From Candidatus Yanofskybacteria bacterium CG10_big_fil_rev_8_21_14_0_10_46_23 (GTDB lineage Bacteria > Patescibacteriota > Minisyncoccia > 2-02-FULL-40-12 > IGHO2-12-FULL-4): 64,000 nucleotides of DNA. Under the pieces are notes generated by a model. The model was given only the letters and a program-made list of their open reading frames with translations. It ran no database searches and was not told the DNA's origin. Where the stretch lies: the NCBI GenBank assembly GCA_002771135.1, contig PCXO01000005.1, positions 38,061 to 102,060 on the forward strand, read 5' to 3'. The translations under genes and the position numbers were made by a program. Shown here in pieces: positions 30,609 through 39,799 of this stretch (the first letter of the stretch is position 1; each line of letters opens with the position of its first letter).

Positions 30609-30758
30609 TTCCAACCTCCTTGAAAGGTACTGGCGAGCGGAGACCCATTCTCCGCTCTCAATATCTATATTATCCCATATATTATATAAGTATGTCAAAT
30701 AAAGTAAAAACCCCAACTTTTGGGGCATTTCTCTTTTTTTCCGTCTTTTTTAGGAGTT

Positions 30759-31514
30759 TTATTCGAAAATCGATAAGGCTTGCATAATCCCCATGCCCAA
30801 AACTAGACCTATTAGTTGGAAAGTGGCTAATTTAATCCCATTTTTCCGGCCTTGGTTGAGCTCCGGGATCAAATCGGTTAAGCCAATATAGATAAAACTT
30901 CCAGCGGCCAGGGGGACAACATATTCAGCAAAGGCGGTAACCTCTTGGCCAATCAGAACTGTCAAAATTAAACCGGCAACGGCCACAAGGCCGGAAATAA
31001 AATTCCAGAATAAGGCCTGTCGACGCGTATAGCCGGAGTGAATCAAAACCCCAAAATCACCAACTTCTTGAGGAATTTCGTGAAGAAAGACGGCGATGGT
31101 CGTTGCAACCCCCAAAGGAATACTGACCAGATAAGAAGCCCCGATTAAAATACCGTCGATTAAGTTATGTAAGCCATCACCGATTAAATTCATCTGACCG
31201 ATTCGATGATCGCAATGTTCGTGGCTCGTGTGATGATCGTGATGCCAAAGCAATATTTTTTCCAGAATAAAGAAAAAAACTATGCCCCCTAGGACCAAAA
31301 GCGCCGTTTGGTTAGCGCCCAACACTTCTGTCGCTTCGGGGATTAAGTGAATGAAGGCATCGCCGACAAGAGTTCCGGCCGCTAAACTTACCAGAAAAAA
31401 GGTAATTCGCTTTAACCGAGACTTACTTATGGATAAGAAAACCAGCGCTATTAAGGAAATTAAACTGACGGCCACGACACTTATCAATGAATAAAGAAAA
31501 ATGTTTGACTCCAT
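30759..31514 (-). CDS. ZIP-family metal transporter
   Basis: HLIPE, His-rich loop, HNLIDG, HEIPQE. Confidence 0.93.
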   Translation of the reverse strand: MESNIFLYSLISVVAVSLISLIALVFLSISKSRLKRITFFLVSLAAGTLVGDAFIHLIPEATEVLGANQTALLVLGGIVFFFILEKILLWHHDHHTSHEHCDHRIGQMNLIGDGLHNLIDGILIGASYLVSIPLGVATTIAVFLHEIPQEVGDFGVLIHSGYTRRQALFWNFISGLVAVAGLILTVLIGQEVTAFAEYVVPLAAGSFIYIGLTDLIPELNQGRKNGIKLATFQLIGLVLGMGIMQALSIFE

Positions 31515-31552
31515 GATTTAGATTTAGTTTAGATTCTGTTAGAATAATAGCA

Positions 31553-31984
31553 GTGAGATCAAAAATCACAAAATTTATTGCCTTAATCAGCGGACTAGGG
31601 ATTATCGATACAGCCTATCTTTCTTGGCAACATTTTAATTATAACCCGCTCCAGTGCAGTTTCTTCAGTGGCTGTGACATTGTTACCACCAGTCGATTCG
31701 CCGTGATCGGGGGCATCCCCTTGGCTCTGATAGGTCTTTTGTTTTATGCGATTGTTTTTATTTTAAATCTAATTTCCGAAAAACATCGATCGGCTCAAAA
31801 GATTTTATTGATTTTAGCTACGATCGGTTTTGGCGTCTCTGTTGTTTTACTCTATCTTCAAATTTTTGTGATTAAAGCTTTATGTATCTATTGTTTAACC
31901 TCATTTGCAACCTCAACGCTGATTTTTATCGCTCTCCTTTCTTCTCTTCGAAAAAACAAAAACCCCATCGCCTCGACTAGATAG
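31553..31984 (+). CDS. Vitamin K epoxide reductase (VKOR) family protein
   Basis: C...GC..V..S, GIP, CIYC. Confidence 0.9.
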   Translation: MRSKITKFIALISGLGIIDTAYLSWQHFNYNPLQCSFFSGCDIVTTSRFAVIGGIPLALIGLLFYAIVFILNLISEKHRSAQKILLILATIGFGVSVVLLYLQIFVIKALCIYCLTSFATSTLIFIALLSSLRKNKNPIASTR

Positions 31985-33008
31985 TCAATTGAATGGGGTA
32001 GAATTTTCTAAGGAAGCTCTTGACGCGTTCACCAAGAACTTCAAAGACCACATGATCCGGGTGGATTTTTTTCACGCGGATGGCCAACCCGGCGATCCGC
32101 TCTTCCGCCCCTGGGAGGGCCGTGGCCGCTAAAGCCAGAATCGGGTCCGCTTTAGGATCACAGTCGAAAATTCGACAAAAGTCCGACCACTTTTGGGAAT
32201 CCTCTTCCACGAATTTTCGGATCATATAAGCCAAGAGGTGTCGAGCAATATCGACCCTCCCGTTTTCCAGCCGAAGGTAGCTATAGCGAGCCACGCTTTC
32301 GGCTAGCTTTCTTAAATTAATGTACCGGAGGGGATCGGAAAATTTGCTCCCTCGATTCATTCCATAAACCTTGTCGGAGAATAGGAAGAATTTATGGAGC
32401 TGATAGTTCAAGATAGGGTTTTTAAGTTCCCCCCTTAAAATATCCGCCAGAAGAAGCGGGTCTTCCTTTAGGACTGAAAATCGCTTTCCGGAATAAATCG
32501 GGTAGCGTTTCGGCCAGCTTTCGATTACACGCCCCTTGCTTCGAGCGGTTACTTGGAATCTGGATTGCTCAATATCCAAACCGGGCCGGGCCCAGTTTTC
32601 GGCTTGGATATCGGCTTCGTACTGAAGCATCGCCAGAATATGCGGGCGAACAAGGCGGTACTGGTCCGGGGTAAGCCAAGATACTTTTTTCCTTGACGGG
32701 ACCCAGACCTTCCCCTCTGGCCCCTGCATATTGTTTGGGTGGTTGGCCCGTGTGGCCCCAATCCCAATTTCGCAGAGGTCAACAACTTTAGGAATAGCCA
32801 CCCCGTACCTTTTAGAGACCTTGATAAAATCAGGGGCGAGTTTTTGGGGTCTCCCGATGATGGTCATCAGGGCCAGGCGAGGCCCAGAGGAGTCTGCGAT
32901 CTTTATCTCAACCCCGTCGGGATCAGTGATCGTGATTAGATATCGACTTAAGTGGGAGACGAGCTCCAAGTCGCGTCTAACCTTTTGAAGCGTTTTTTGG
33001 GTTATCAT
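31977..33008 (-). CDS. Hypothetical protein, in an operon with the glycosylase-like gene
   Basis: 343-aa ORF; SD AAGGAGG overlaps the upstream stop; terminator stem 31962-31999 plus U-tract. Confidence 0.7.
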   Translation of the reverse strand: MITQKTLQKVRRDLELVSHLSRYLITITDPDGVEIKIADSSGPRLALMTIIGRPQKLAPDFIKVSKRYGVAIPKVVDLCEIGIGATRANHPNNMQGPEGKVWVPSRKKVSWLTPDQYRLVRPHILAMLQYEADIQAENWARPGLDIEQSRFQVTARSKGRVIESWPKRYPIYSGKRFSVLKEDPLLLADILRGELKNPILNYQLHKFFLFSDKVYGMNRGSKFSDPLRYINLRKLAESVARYSYLRLENGRVDIARHLLAYMIRKFVEEDSQKWSDFCRIFDCDPKADPILALAATALPGAEERIAGLAIRVKKIHPDHVVFEVLGERVKSFLRKFYPIQLTI

Positions 33009-33020
33009 TTCTGGCCCTCC

Positions 33021-34334
33021 TTAGAACATCCCAAACTGTTGTTTAGTTTCCAAAGCCTTTCCTTGGCTTTGGCCGAGAGCTCTAAGCTCGTCAGGCGCCA
33101 AGGCAAGAATTTGCCGATGTCGCTCTAACTTTTCTAGGGTCGCTTTTCCCGTTCGACGGCCCGGAAACGGAGAAATTCCTCGAAATGTTTGTTGACCAAA
33201 AGATGGCTTTCTTTTTATCGGAACGATAAACCCCAGCCGGTAATACGGGAAGGCGGGGACAACACTCCGACAAAGGTCAGCTTGAAAGACACAATCCGCG
33301 CAAGGTTCCCAATAGTTTTTTGGGATTAAACCCGGCTGGGCCAAAGCCTCCTCGGTGAAAAACATCCTCTGGCCATTGGGCCCGTTCCTACTTTGAGATT
33401 GAATATGAGCCGAGCAATCTGTTCGACTCTTAAACCAAATTGAGTAGGAAAGGCTGTAAATCGGCAGATCTAGCTTAGTGATCATCCCCATCGTCCAAAG
33501 CGCGATGGAATTGGTGATCTGCTCCGTGACCCGAAAAGCGGGTCTTCCTCGCAGAGCCTTGAATATAGCCCCGTTATCGACCCGATTTTTTTCTGAACCA
33601 ATCTGACCCGGCTGAAATTTTTGCCAGACCTTTTTGTTGATTTTAATTAACCCCAGCCCCAGAAAGAGCCGGATCATGTGAAAATCAACTGGCAACGGAC
33701 AGGGCATTTTCGGAATCAACTCCTGTTCCATATACCAAATCGCGAGCAAGGAGAAGATTTTTAGGCGCATGCCCCCAAACCGATCATGGCGATCAACAGT
33801 ATTATTGAACGCGGAGACAACGTTGTCTTGGCCCTGAAATATTTTCCGGGGGTCGCCCTCCCAATACTCCGACAAGCATCGGGCGTTGTTCCGCCAATTT
33901 TGAGTATGCTCTCGGATATTCATCGCCAGAGAGCCGTGGTTTGACTCGCCTTGAGTCGCTCCGCCAAGAGCGATAAGGCTGGCTTCTTCCAACTTCTGAC
34001 CGATCTCCGGCGAGCTCATCCGGATAATTTCTTCCGGCTCGAACATCTCCGGATAAATTTTACAAAGTATCCCCAGGGAGAAAAAGGGGTCATCACTGTT
34101 TATCCCGCCTCGCATAAAGAGCGCCACGAAAAAATAAAACAGCACCATTTTCCGAGGATCTCCTCTTAGCTCCGTTAGCGAATTGAGATAGAAAATTTCG
34201 GGAGGGACGGTAAGGCCGTAGCGACCTTCCCCCTCGCGATACTGTTTCTCCAAAACCCCAAAAACATAACTCGCCCGTTGGCGATTAAAGAACACCAACC
34301 CCGCGCGAGCTTGCGCCTTCATTTTATTGCCCAT
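33021..34334 (-). CDS. Divergent HhH-GPD / endonuclease III-like DNA glycosylase with [4Fe-4S] Cys motif
   Basis: FGGMRLKIFSLL (HhH-like, Lys), PLPVDFHMIRLFLGLG (VDxH), C...PCADCVFQADLC. Confidence 0.6.
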   Translation of the reverse strand: MGNKMKAQARAGLVFFNRQRASYVFGVLEKQYREGEGRYGLTVPPEIFYLNSLTELRGDPRKMVLFYFFVALFMRGGINSDDPFFSLGILCKIYPEMFEPEEIIRMSSPEIGQKLEEASLIALGGATQGESNHGSLAMNIREHTQNWRNNARCLSEYWEGDPRKIFQGQDNVVSAFNNTVDRHDRFGGMRLKIFSLLAIWYMEQELIPKMPCPLPVDFHMIRLFLGLGLIKINKKVWQKFQPGQIGSEKNRVDNGAIFKALRGRPAFRVTEQITNSIALWTMGMITKLDLPIYSLSYSIWFKSRTDCSAHIQSQSRNGPNGQRMFFTEEALAQPGLIPKNYWEPCADCVFQADLCRSVVPAFPYYRLGFIVPIKRKPSFGQQTFRGISPFPGRRTGKATLEKLERHRQILALAPDELRALGQSQGKALETKQQFGMF

Positions 34335-34410
34335 GTGGTTATTATCCCTTCTGATTTTTTTAATGAACGGAAAAGTACACTGAGCTTAGCCTAACAGAAT
34401 AGACCCACTA

Positions 34411-34445
34411 GGCAAACAAAAAACCGCTTCTTGATTTTAGCGGTT
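34411..34445 (-). terminator. Intrinsic terminator overlapping the RT stop codon
   Basis: Minus strand AACCGCT-aaaatcaaga-AGCGGTT-TTTTGTTTG. Confidence 0.65.
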
Positions 34446-35423
34446 ATTTTCTGGATCATCTTGCAACTTTCGAAAAGAACGGAGAAGTTTTTCCTCGTGT
34501 TGGTTGGGGACCTGCCGCGCGACCTTAAGGGTGTGTAAGACGAGTCCAACCATTCCCCGAGCTCGAGCGATCTCGTGGGGATCTCGCGTTTCCAGAGCTC
34601 GATGGACCAGCCCCGCGATTTTACGGGTGTAATTTCGGGGGATGAACATCCGGCCCCCGTATTCAAGGCCGATCCCGGTTATTACAATCGGCCCCTTTTT
34701 TAAATCTTTGAACTGACACTTGCCGTGGTTAATCGGCAATCGCCACTGTTTCAAGGTTTCTCTAATTTCGCGACGCTTCTTTCGAGAAGGCCGAGATCGA
34801 AAAGAGAATACGAGATCATCAAGATAATGGGTGTAATGACCCGCGGAAATCATTTTAGAAATCCGCCAATTAACAAGGGTGCCAATATAGGCGTTGAAAA
34901 GATCGGGGGAGGCGGGGAGACCGACGGGCAACCCGGGAATCTCCGGCAAAAGAAAATACCTCTCCAGAAATATCGTCACCCCGGCTTCATCTTCTTCCGA
35001 AAAAGCTTCGAAGTGGGGGATTGCCCGAAGAAATTCGATCACAATCTTGATCATCAGACTGTGGTCAACTTGACTGTAGGCATCTTTCAGATCCACAACA
35101 TAGAAAAACCGGTTCCCCCGATGTTCAGATACCAGTCTCTGATGGGAAAACCCGGGGCGGGCGCCTCGGGCGTAATGTAAAGCCGAACTCGCTTTCTTGG
35201 AGACCCGCAAAAGATAAATGAGCCCTTTGTGGAGAAACCGGAGGGCCTCATTCGGAACGGTTAGCATTCTGACCTTCTTTTGGCCACTGAGGGGGTTTAT
35301 ATCTCGGATCGCCCATCTTTCCCATTTGGGAGGCTCTGAAAATGTCGGTCGGAGGCTAAGCTCTCCCGGCTTCGTGTAAGCCGATCGCTCTAATTCCGCC
35401 AGAAAATCGCTTATTTTATACAC
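34437..35423 (-). CDS. Retron-type reverse transcriptase
   Basis: RMLTVP, SEH, VDLKDAY, GLPVGLPASP, YTHYLDDLVFS, INHGK, VITG; GTG start with AAGGAG. Confidence 0.88.
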   Translation of the reverse strand: MYKISDFLAELERSAYTKPGELSLRPTFSEPPKWERWAIRDINPLSGQKKVRMLTVPNEALRFLHKGLIYLLRVSKKASSALHYARGARPGFSHQRLVSEHRGNRFFYVVDLKDAYSQVDHSLMIKIVIEFLRAIPHFEAFSEEDEAGVTIFLERYFLLPEIPGLPVGLPASPDLFNAYIGTLVNWRISKMISAGHYTHYLDDLVFSFRSRPSRKKRREIRETLKQWRLPINHGKCQFKDLKKGPIVITGIGLEYGGRMFIPRNYTRKIAGLVHRALETRDPHEIARARGMVGLVLHTLKVARQVPNQHEEKLLRSFRKLQDDPENNR

Positions 35424-35453
35424 TGCGATCTCTCCTTCTTTATTGTTTTTTTA

Positions 35454-35684
35454 AAAATCAGCAGGGGGAGTCTCGAACCCGAAACCGATTTTTGCTGAGG
35501 TTGCTAGGAAGCTCGGTGCGAAAAAACACCTTACTCTCCTTTTTGGATTCTAGCCGAACCCTACGCGCTATGTGAATAGCGCGCACCCGCTCTGAGCGGA
35601 TCGGCCCTCACTTAGATGGTTAAGGTTCTTCCGCGACTCCCCCCTGTCCTTCCTAGACCGCTGAGGTGCTAGGAGGCTGATTTT
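35454..35684 (-). ncRNA. Putative RT-associated ncRNA (msr-msd-like)
   Basis: Terminal IR AAAATCAGC/GCTGATTTT; CAGGGGGAGTC/GACTCCCCCCTG; several internal hairpins; no ORF; directly upstream of RT. Confidence 0.7.
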
Positions 35685-35714
35685 ATATTCGCACAATGGG
35701 GTAAATTTACAATA

Positions 35715-36086
35715 TTAGTTTGGATCGACACATTGAGCGCTGTCTTTAAACGGGGGGATTGTTTTTATGATATTACTCAGGGTACTGGTTAGGTCGGCCC
35801 GCTCATTTGATTGGATCAGCTCGTCGATGTGACCCTTGGAAGAATCAATGACATTTTTTAAAGTATCCGCTTGTTCTTCTAGGCTGAGATTGGCAAATTT
35901 CCCCTCATGGATAAGATTTTCAAAATCATTAATTTCGTTTTTAAAATCGGAAAGAATCGTCTTCTCTTTGGCGGCCGGATTTATGATGGTAATAGTTTTT
36001 TCTTTAGCCGCTTGGATAAAGTCGGGTTTTACAAAACCGATTACCAAACCAAGGGCGGCGAGACCAACTAAAAAGCGAATAATCAT
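35715..36086 (-). CDS. Hypothetical secreted/membrane-anchored protein
   Basis: Signal/TM at the N-terminus; helical body. Confidence 0.65.
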   Translation of the reverse strand: MIIRFLVGLAALGLVIGFVKPDFIQAAKEKTITIINPAAKEKTILSDFKNEINDFENLIHEGKFANLSLEEQADTLKNVIDSSKGHIDELIQSNERADLTSTLSNIIKTIPPFKDSAQCVDPN

Positions 36087-36167
36087 GGTTTTTATATATT
36101 ATCATTATTTGGGTGCAACGTCCTCTAAATTATAGTATAATGGTCGTGGTAAACGAGCCAAATTTTT

Positions 36168-37508
36168 ATGAAGAAACGGCCACAAAAAATTATCCTGACC
36201 GTCCTTTTTGTCTTGGGGCTAATCTTTTCGGGGCTAACCCCCGGATTTTCTTTGGCTGACGAGAGTCTCGACGCGATCAAGGCGCGCGAAGCGGAGATTC
36301 AAAGACTCCAAGAACAAATACAAGCCCTCCAGGGCCAGATCGACGCCAAGCAGGGTGTAGCTCGAACACTAGAAAATGAGATCTCCAGATTAAACGCTCA
36401 AATTTCCAAGGTTCAGCTGGGGATTCAACAAATTCAACTCTCGATTGACGGAGTTAACGGTGACATTGTCGGGATTAATCGAAAGATTCAAGATGGCCAA
36501 ACCACCATGGCGACGCACAAGGAAGCCCTCTCCGAAATAATCCGGGTTATTAACCAGCAAGATTCAGAAAATTTAACGGAGATAGTCCTGAAAAATGATT
36601 CTATTTCCGACTTCTTCTCAAACCTCCACGCCATTAAAACGACGCAGAACTCGCTCAAGATTTCAATTGATCGGATTCGCCAAATCCAAGCCGAACTGGA
36701 AGAAGACCAAGCGATTCTTCAAGACAGACGTGGTGAACTTGAACAACTGCAAACCTTTCAGGAAATAGAGCGCCAAGCCATCGCTTCGGCTCGGGGCACC
36801 AAAGATAAAATTTTAAGCCAAACCCGAGGCGAAGAGGCGCGTTTTCAAGATCTGGTTCAGCAATCGAAGCGAAATATCGAGGCCCTAAGAGCCGAGATCC
36901 AGTTCTTGGTCCAAAGTGGTATTACGGCGGAGGACGCGGTCAAATATGCCGAATTAGCGGCATTGCGAGTTGGCATTCGGCCGGCCTTCCTTTTGGCTCT
37001 TCTGGATACCGAATCTCGTCTGGGAGCAAACGTCGGAAAGTGTGTCATCGTTGACCAGACAAGCGGAACAACTCGACATGTCACTACCGGACAAATATCG
37101 CAAAGGGGGATACATCCGACCAGAGATTTGCCGGTCTTTCTCCAGATAACCAACGAGCTTGGTCTTGATCCCGGGCAAACGCCCGTATCTTGCAACCCCT
37201 ACGGCACCGCCGGTTGGGGCGGAGCGATGGGCCCGGCCCAGTTCATTCCCTCGACTTGGCTGGGCTATCGAGAAGCGGTATCAAAAATAACCGGCCGAAC
37301 CCCGGCAAACCCTTGGAATTTTGAGGATGCCTTCATCGCCTCGGCTTTATATTTAGCGCGTCGCGGAGCCGCCGCTCAAACCAGAGAAACCGAGATCGCC
37401 GCCGCTAAGGCTTACATCAGTGGTAGCCCAACTTGTAGTAGCTCAATTTGTAACTATTACGCCAACGCCATTCTCCAAAAAGCGGCCCAAATTGAACCGA
37501 CGTTGTGA
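36168..37508 (+). CDS. Coiled-coil protein with C-terminal lytic murein transglycosylase (MltB/SLT_2-like) domain
   Basis: Signal peptide, long coiled coil, TESRLG, GAMGPAQFIPSTW, NPWNFEDA. Confidence 0.85.
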   Translation: MKKRPQKIILTVLFVLGLIFSGLTPGFSLADESLDAIKAREAEIQRLQEQIQALQGQIDAKQGVARTLENEISRLNAQISKVQLGIQQIQLSIDGVNGDIVGINRKIQDGQTTMATHKEALSEIIRVINQQDSENLTEIVLKNDSISDFFSNLHAIKTTQNSLKISIDRIRQIQAELEEDQAILQDRRGELEQLQTFQEIERQAIASARGTKDKILSQTRGEEARFQDLVQQSKRNIEALRAEIQFLVQSGITAEDAVKYAELAALRVGIRPAFLLALLDTESRLGANVGKCVIVDQTSGTTRHVTTGQISQRGIHPTRDLPVFLQITNELGLDPGQTPVSCNPYGTAGWGGAMGPAQFIPSTWLGYREAVSKITGRTPANPWNFEDAFIASALYLARRGAAAQTRETEIAAAKAYISGSPTCSSSICNYYANAILQKAAQIEPTL

Positions 37509-38800
37509 AGCATAAAATTAAAATAATTATTTTAGCCTTACTCTTACCCGTCGCTTTGGTCGCTTTTGGGAGCACCACGAATCGAGAAGTCTTCGTCACC
37601 AATGTCAACGATTCGATAGCCTCTCAAGCCGGCGGATTTTTTGGAACCAGCGCCTCGATAACGGAAAATCTTTCCGAGCAGATAAAAACGGCCGTTGATC
37701 TTCTCAAGAATTCCGAACCGTTAGATATTGTCTACGCGAACACCTCCCAAATAAGAGCCAGTCAAATTCAAGAAGAGCCTCTTCGGCAACAAATCGCGCT
37801 GGCCATTTTAGAGGTCCCGACCGGCAAAATTTTTGAAGAACGTTACTGGCTTGATCGAGCCGAGATAATCGAGGCGAACGAGCTGAGAAAAAAATATCAA
37901 AATGACCCCAATCTCCCCGAATTTTTGCCGGCCAATCCGGACAACCGCTTAACTGTTACCAATAACTGGTGGAACAGTTTTAACTCGGATTTAAAGATTT
38001 CCAATCCGGACAAACCCAATCGAAACTACATTGTCTTGGCCAATAAATATATCTGGGAAAATGAAAATATTGTTTTTGAGTCCGATATCACACACGCCGG
38101 TCGTTTTTCTGACATTATCTACGTCCCATATTCAGCAAGTATTCACACCCCGGAGATAGTCGCCCTCGGGCGGGAAGCTCTTGATACCCACGTCAAAAAA
38201 GCTTTTCAATATTTAAGCGAGCGTCAAGTTCAATCACTCGCTTTTCCGGGAAAGCCGGTCGCCGAAACGCTCACGCCCGAATTTATAAAAACTATAATTA
38301 CGATTGAACATACCGACCCATTGTTGTTTTTCTCGGCTTCGGAAACGGGCCGAAGCCAACTGGCCCAACGCGTTTTAATTCGATTGGGCACAAATGGGCC
38401 CGACGCCTTCCGCTTCACGGTCTCAAAAACCGGCGCCGCCGGAATTGCCCAGATTCAACCCACGACTTATGACGCTATCGTCCAGACTTACCCCCAAGCC
38501 GAATTGGAGGAAGACACGGATAGCGGTCGAGCCAATCTCCTCAATAGCATCATCGCCTCTATTTTGGTTTTTGATGACCACCTCGCGACTGTTTTCCGGG
38601 GTATGGACGCGACCGAACGGCAACTCTTTGATCAGAAAGTGGTTGAAAATACCGAGTTTATCGAACTGGTTCGAGCGGCGATCTATAACGGCGGACCCAG
38701 TAAAATTGATCGCCCCACGGCGACGATAAAAACTTCGAATAACGAAACCTTCGGCTTCATCCAAAAATATCAGGCCATCAAAGCCTTGGATCTACTCTAA
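37505..38800 (+). CDS. Secreted protein with SLT-like lysozyme-fold domain
   Basis: SKTGAAGIAQIQPTTY and AAIYNGGP motifs. Confidence 0.65.
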   Translation: MKHKIKIIILALLLPVALVAFGSTTNREVFVTNVNDSIASQAGGFFGTSASITENLSEQIKTAVDLLKNSEPLDIVYANTSQIRASQIQEEPLRQQIALAILEVPTGKIFEERYWLDRAEIIEANELRKKYQNDPNLPEFLPANPDNRLTVTNNWWNSFNSDLKISNPDKPNRNYIVLANKYIWENENIVFESDITHAGRFSDIIYVPYSASIHTPEIVALGREALDTHVKKAFQYLSERQVQSLAFPGKPVAETLTPEFIKTIITIEHTDPLLFFSASETGRSQLAQRVLIRLGTNGPDAFRFTVSKTGAAGIAQIQPTTYDAIVQTYPQAELEEDTDSGRANLLNSIIASILVFDDHLATVFRGMDATERQLFDQKVVENTEFIELVRAAIYNGGPSKIDRPTATIKTSNNETFGFIQKYQAIKALDLL

Positions 38801-38857
38801 GATCAAGCCCCCCATCTTTTCTAAAAGCAAAAAAGCTGGTATTCAAGAAGTAAATTT

Positions 38858-39799
38858 ATGAAGAAAAAAGAAAAAATTGACTTGCCGGAGAGTATTGCCA
38901 ATATAAATAATGATCAACCTATTTACTTTGAAAAAAATAGCTCCTCCCTAAAAGTTTTTGAAGTTGTAAATAATATTCTCGGACCATATGGCTACGAAGA
39001 AGTTTCCGCTGGTCAATTCAAACGTATTGCCGGTAGTTCGGCAAATTCATCTAACAAGATAGAAAATTTTGCGATCGGGAGGGGCTCAATTGCTCATGGA
39101 TTCACCCACCTACCAAATATTATTGAGTATTGCCAATCAATTATTGATAATTCTATTTTGGTTCCCTTAGAAGAAGTTATCAAGGAATTCAATTGGGCAA
39201 AAAAAGCAATCAATGAAAATTTTATAACACTCCATTCGAATGGAAAAATGAGATATGACATAGAGGCAATTATGGATATAACAAAAGGAATGTTAAACGA
39301 AGTCGCGTTTAAAATGGACTGCGAATCCTATGGGATCGATATAGAGCTAAATAGAGATTTTTATAAAGGAACTTCCAATACTGATGAGGGGCAGGATGTA
39401 AAAAGAGTAAGGTTTAACAAAAATAAGTTTGCTGAACCTAAAGTTAAAGTCCAAATAAAAGATGTCCAGTACTTTTTGTTGATTCCGAAAAATGAGTTTG
39501 GAGGAGATAGGCAGGCCGGTCTTTTTGTTGGGTATAGGGTTCATTGGAAAAAAGCGAATACAGGGCAAAGATTTTTTAGAAGTTTAGGCGGTCGTGGCGA
39601 AGAAATATTTTCAGATTTTCCTGTTTTGGGCGGTATCAGGGTAGAAAGAAGAGGTTGGGCGCTAAGAAGCGATTTTCAAAGCTTACCAGCTGGCACAGCA
39701 TCAAAAGGCATGAAATTTAATAACGACAATATGTTTGTTTATTGGGATAATTTAAGAAATATGGAAGAATTATTCCCAAAACTTTCAGATCTAATCTAA
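38858..39799 (+). CDS. Hypothetical protein, probable Type II restriction endonuclease
   Basis: AT-rich; convergent and overlapping with the C5-MTase; E...D...Q.K pattern (NEVAF, DEGQDV, KVQIK). Confidence 0.5.
   Translation: MKKKEKIDLPESIANINNDQPIYFEKNSSSLKVFEVVNNILGPYGYEEVSAGQFKRIAGSSANSSNKIENFAIGRGSIAHGFTHLPNIIEYCQSIIDNSILVPLEEVIKEFNWAKKAINENFITLHSNGKMRYDIEAIMDITKGMLNEVAFKMDCESYGIDIELNRDFYKGTSNTDEGQDVKRVRFNKNKFAEPKVKVQIKDVQYFLLIPKNEFGGDRQAGLFVGYRVHWKKANTGQRFFRSLGGRGEEIFSDFPVLGGIRVERRGWALRSDFQSLPAGTASKGMKFNNDNMFVYWDNLRNMEELFPKLSDLI

Noticed and set aside
34437-35423. RT as part of a diversity-generating retroelement or group II intron
   Set aside because: The motifs (LPASP, ITG) are retron-like rather than the DGR GNLTSQ type. 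I saw no ~100-bp TR/VR pair with adenine-specific mismatches, no Avd gene, no maturase domain and no intron domain V. An exhaustive self-alignment was not run.
35462-35482. tRNA/tmRNA-like 3' end (GGGTTCGAGACTCCCCC on the minus strand)
   Set aside because: No proper T-stem, CCA end or tag frame; the segment is better explained as part of the long closing stem.
35510-35674. DRT2/neo-like never-ending ORF from a 165-nt concatemer unit defined by the direct repeat
   Set aside because: Although 165 is a multiple of 3, manual translation gives a stop codon in all six frames of the unit.
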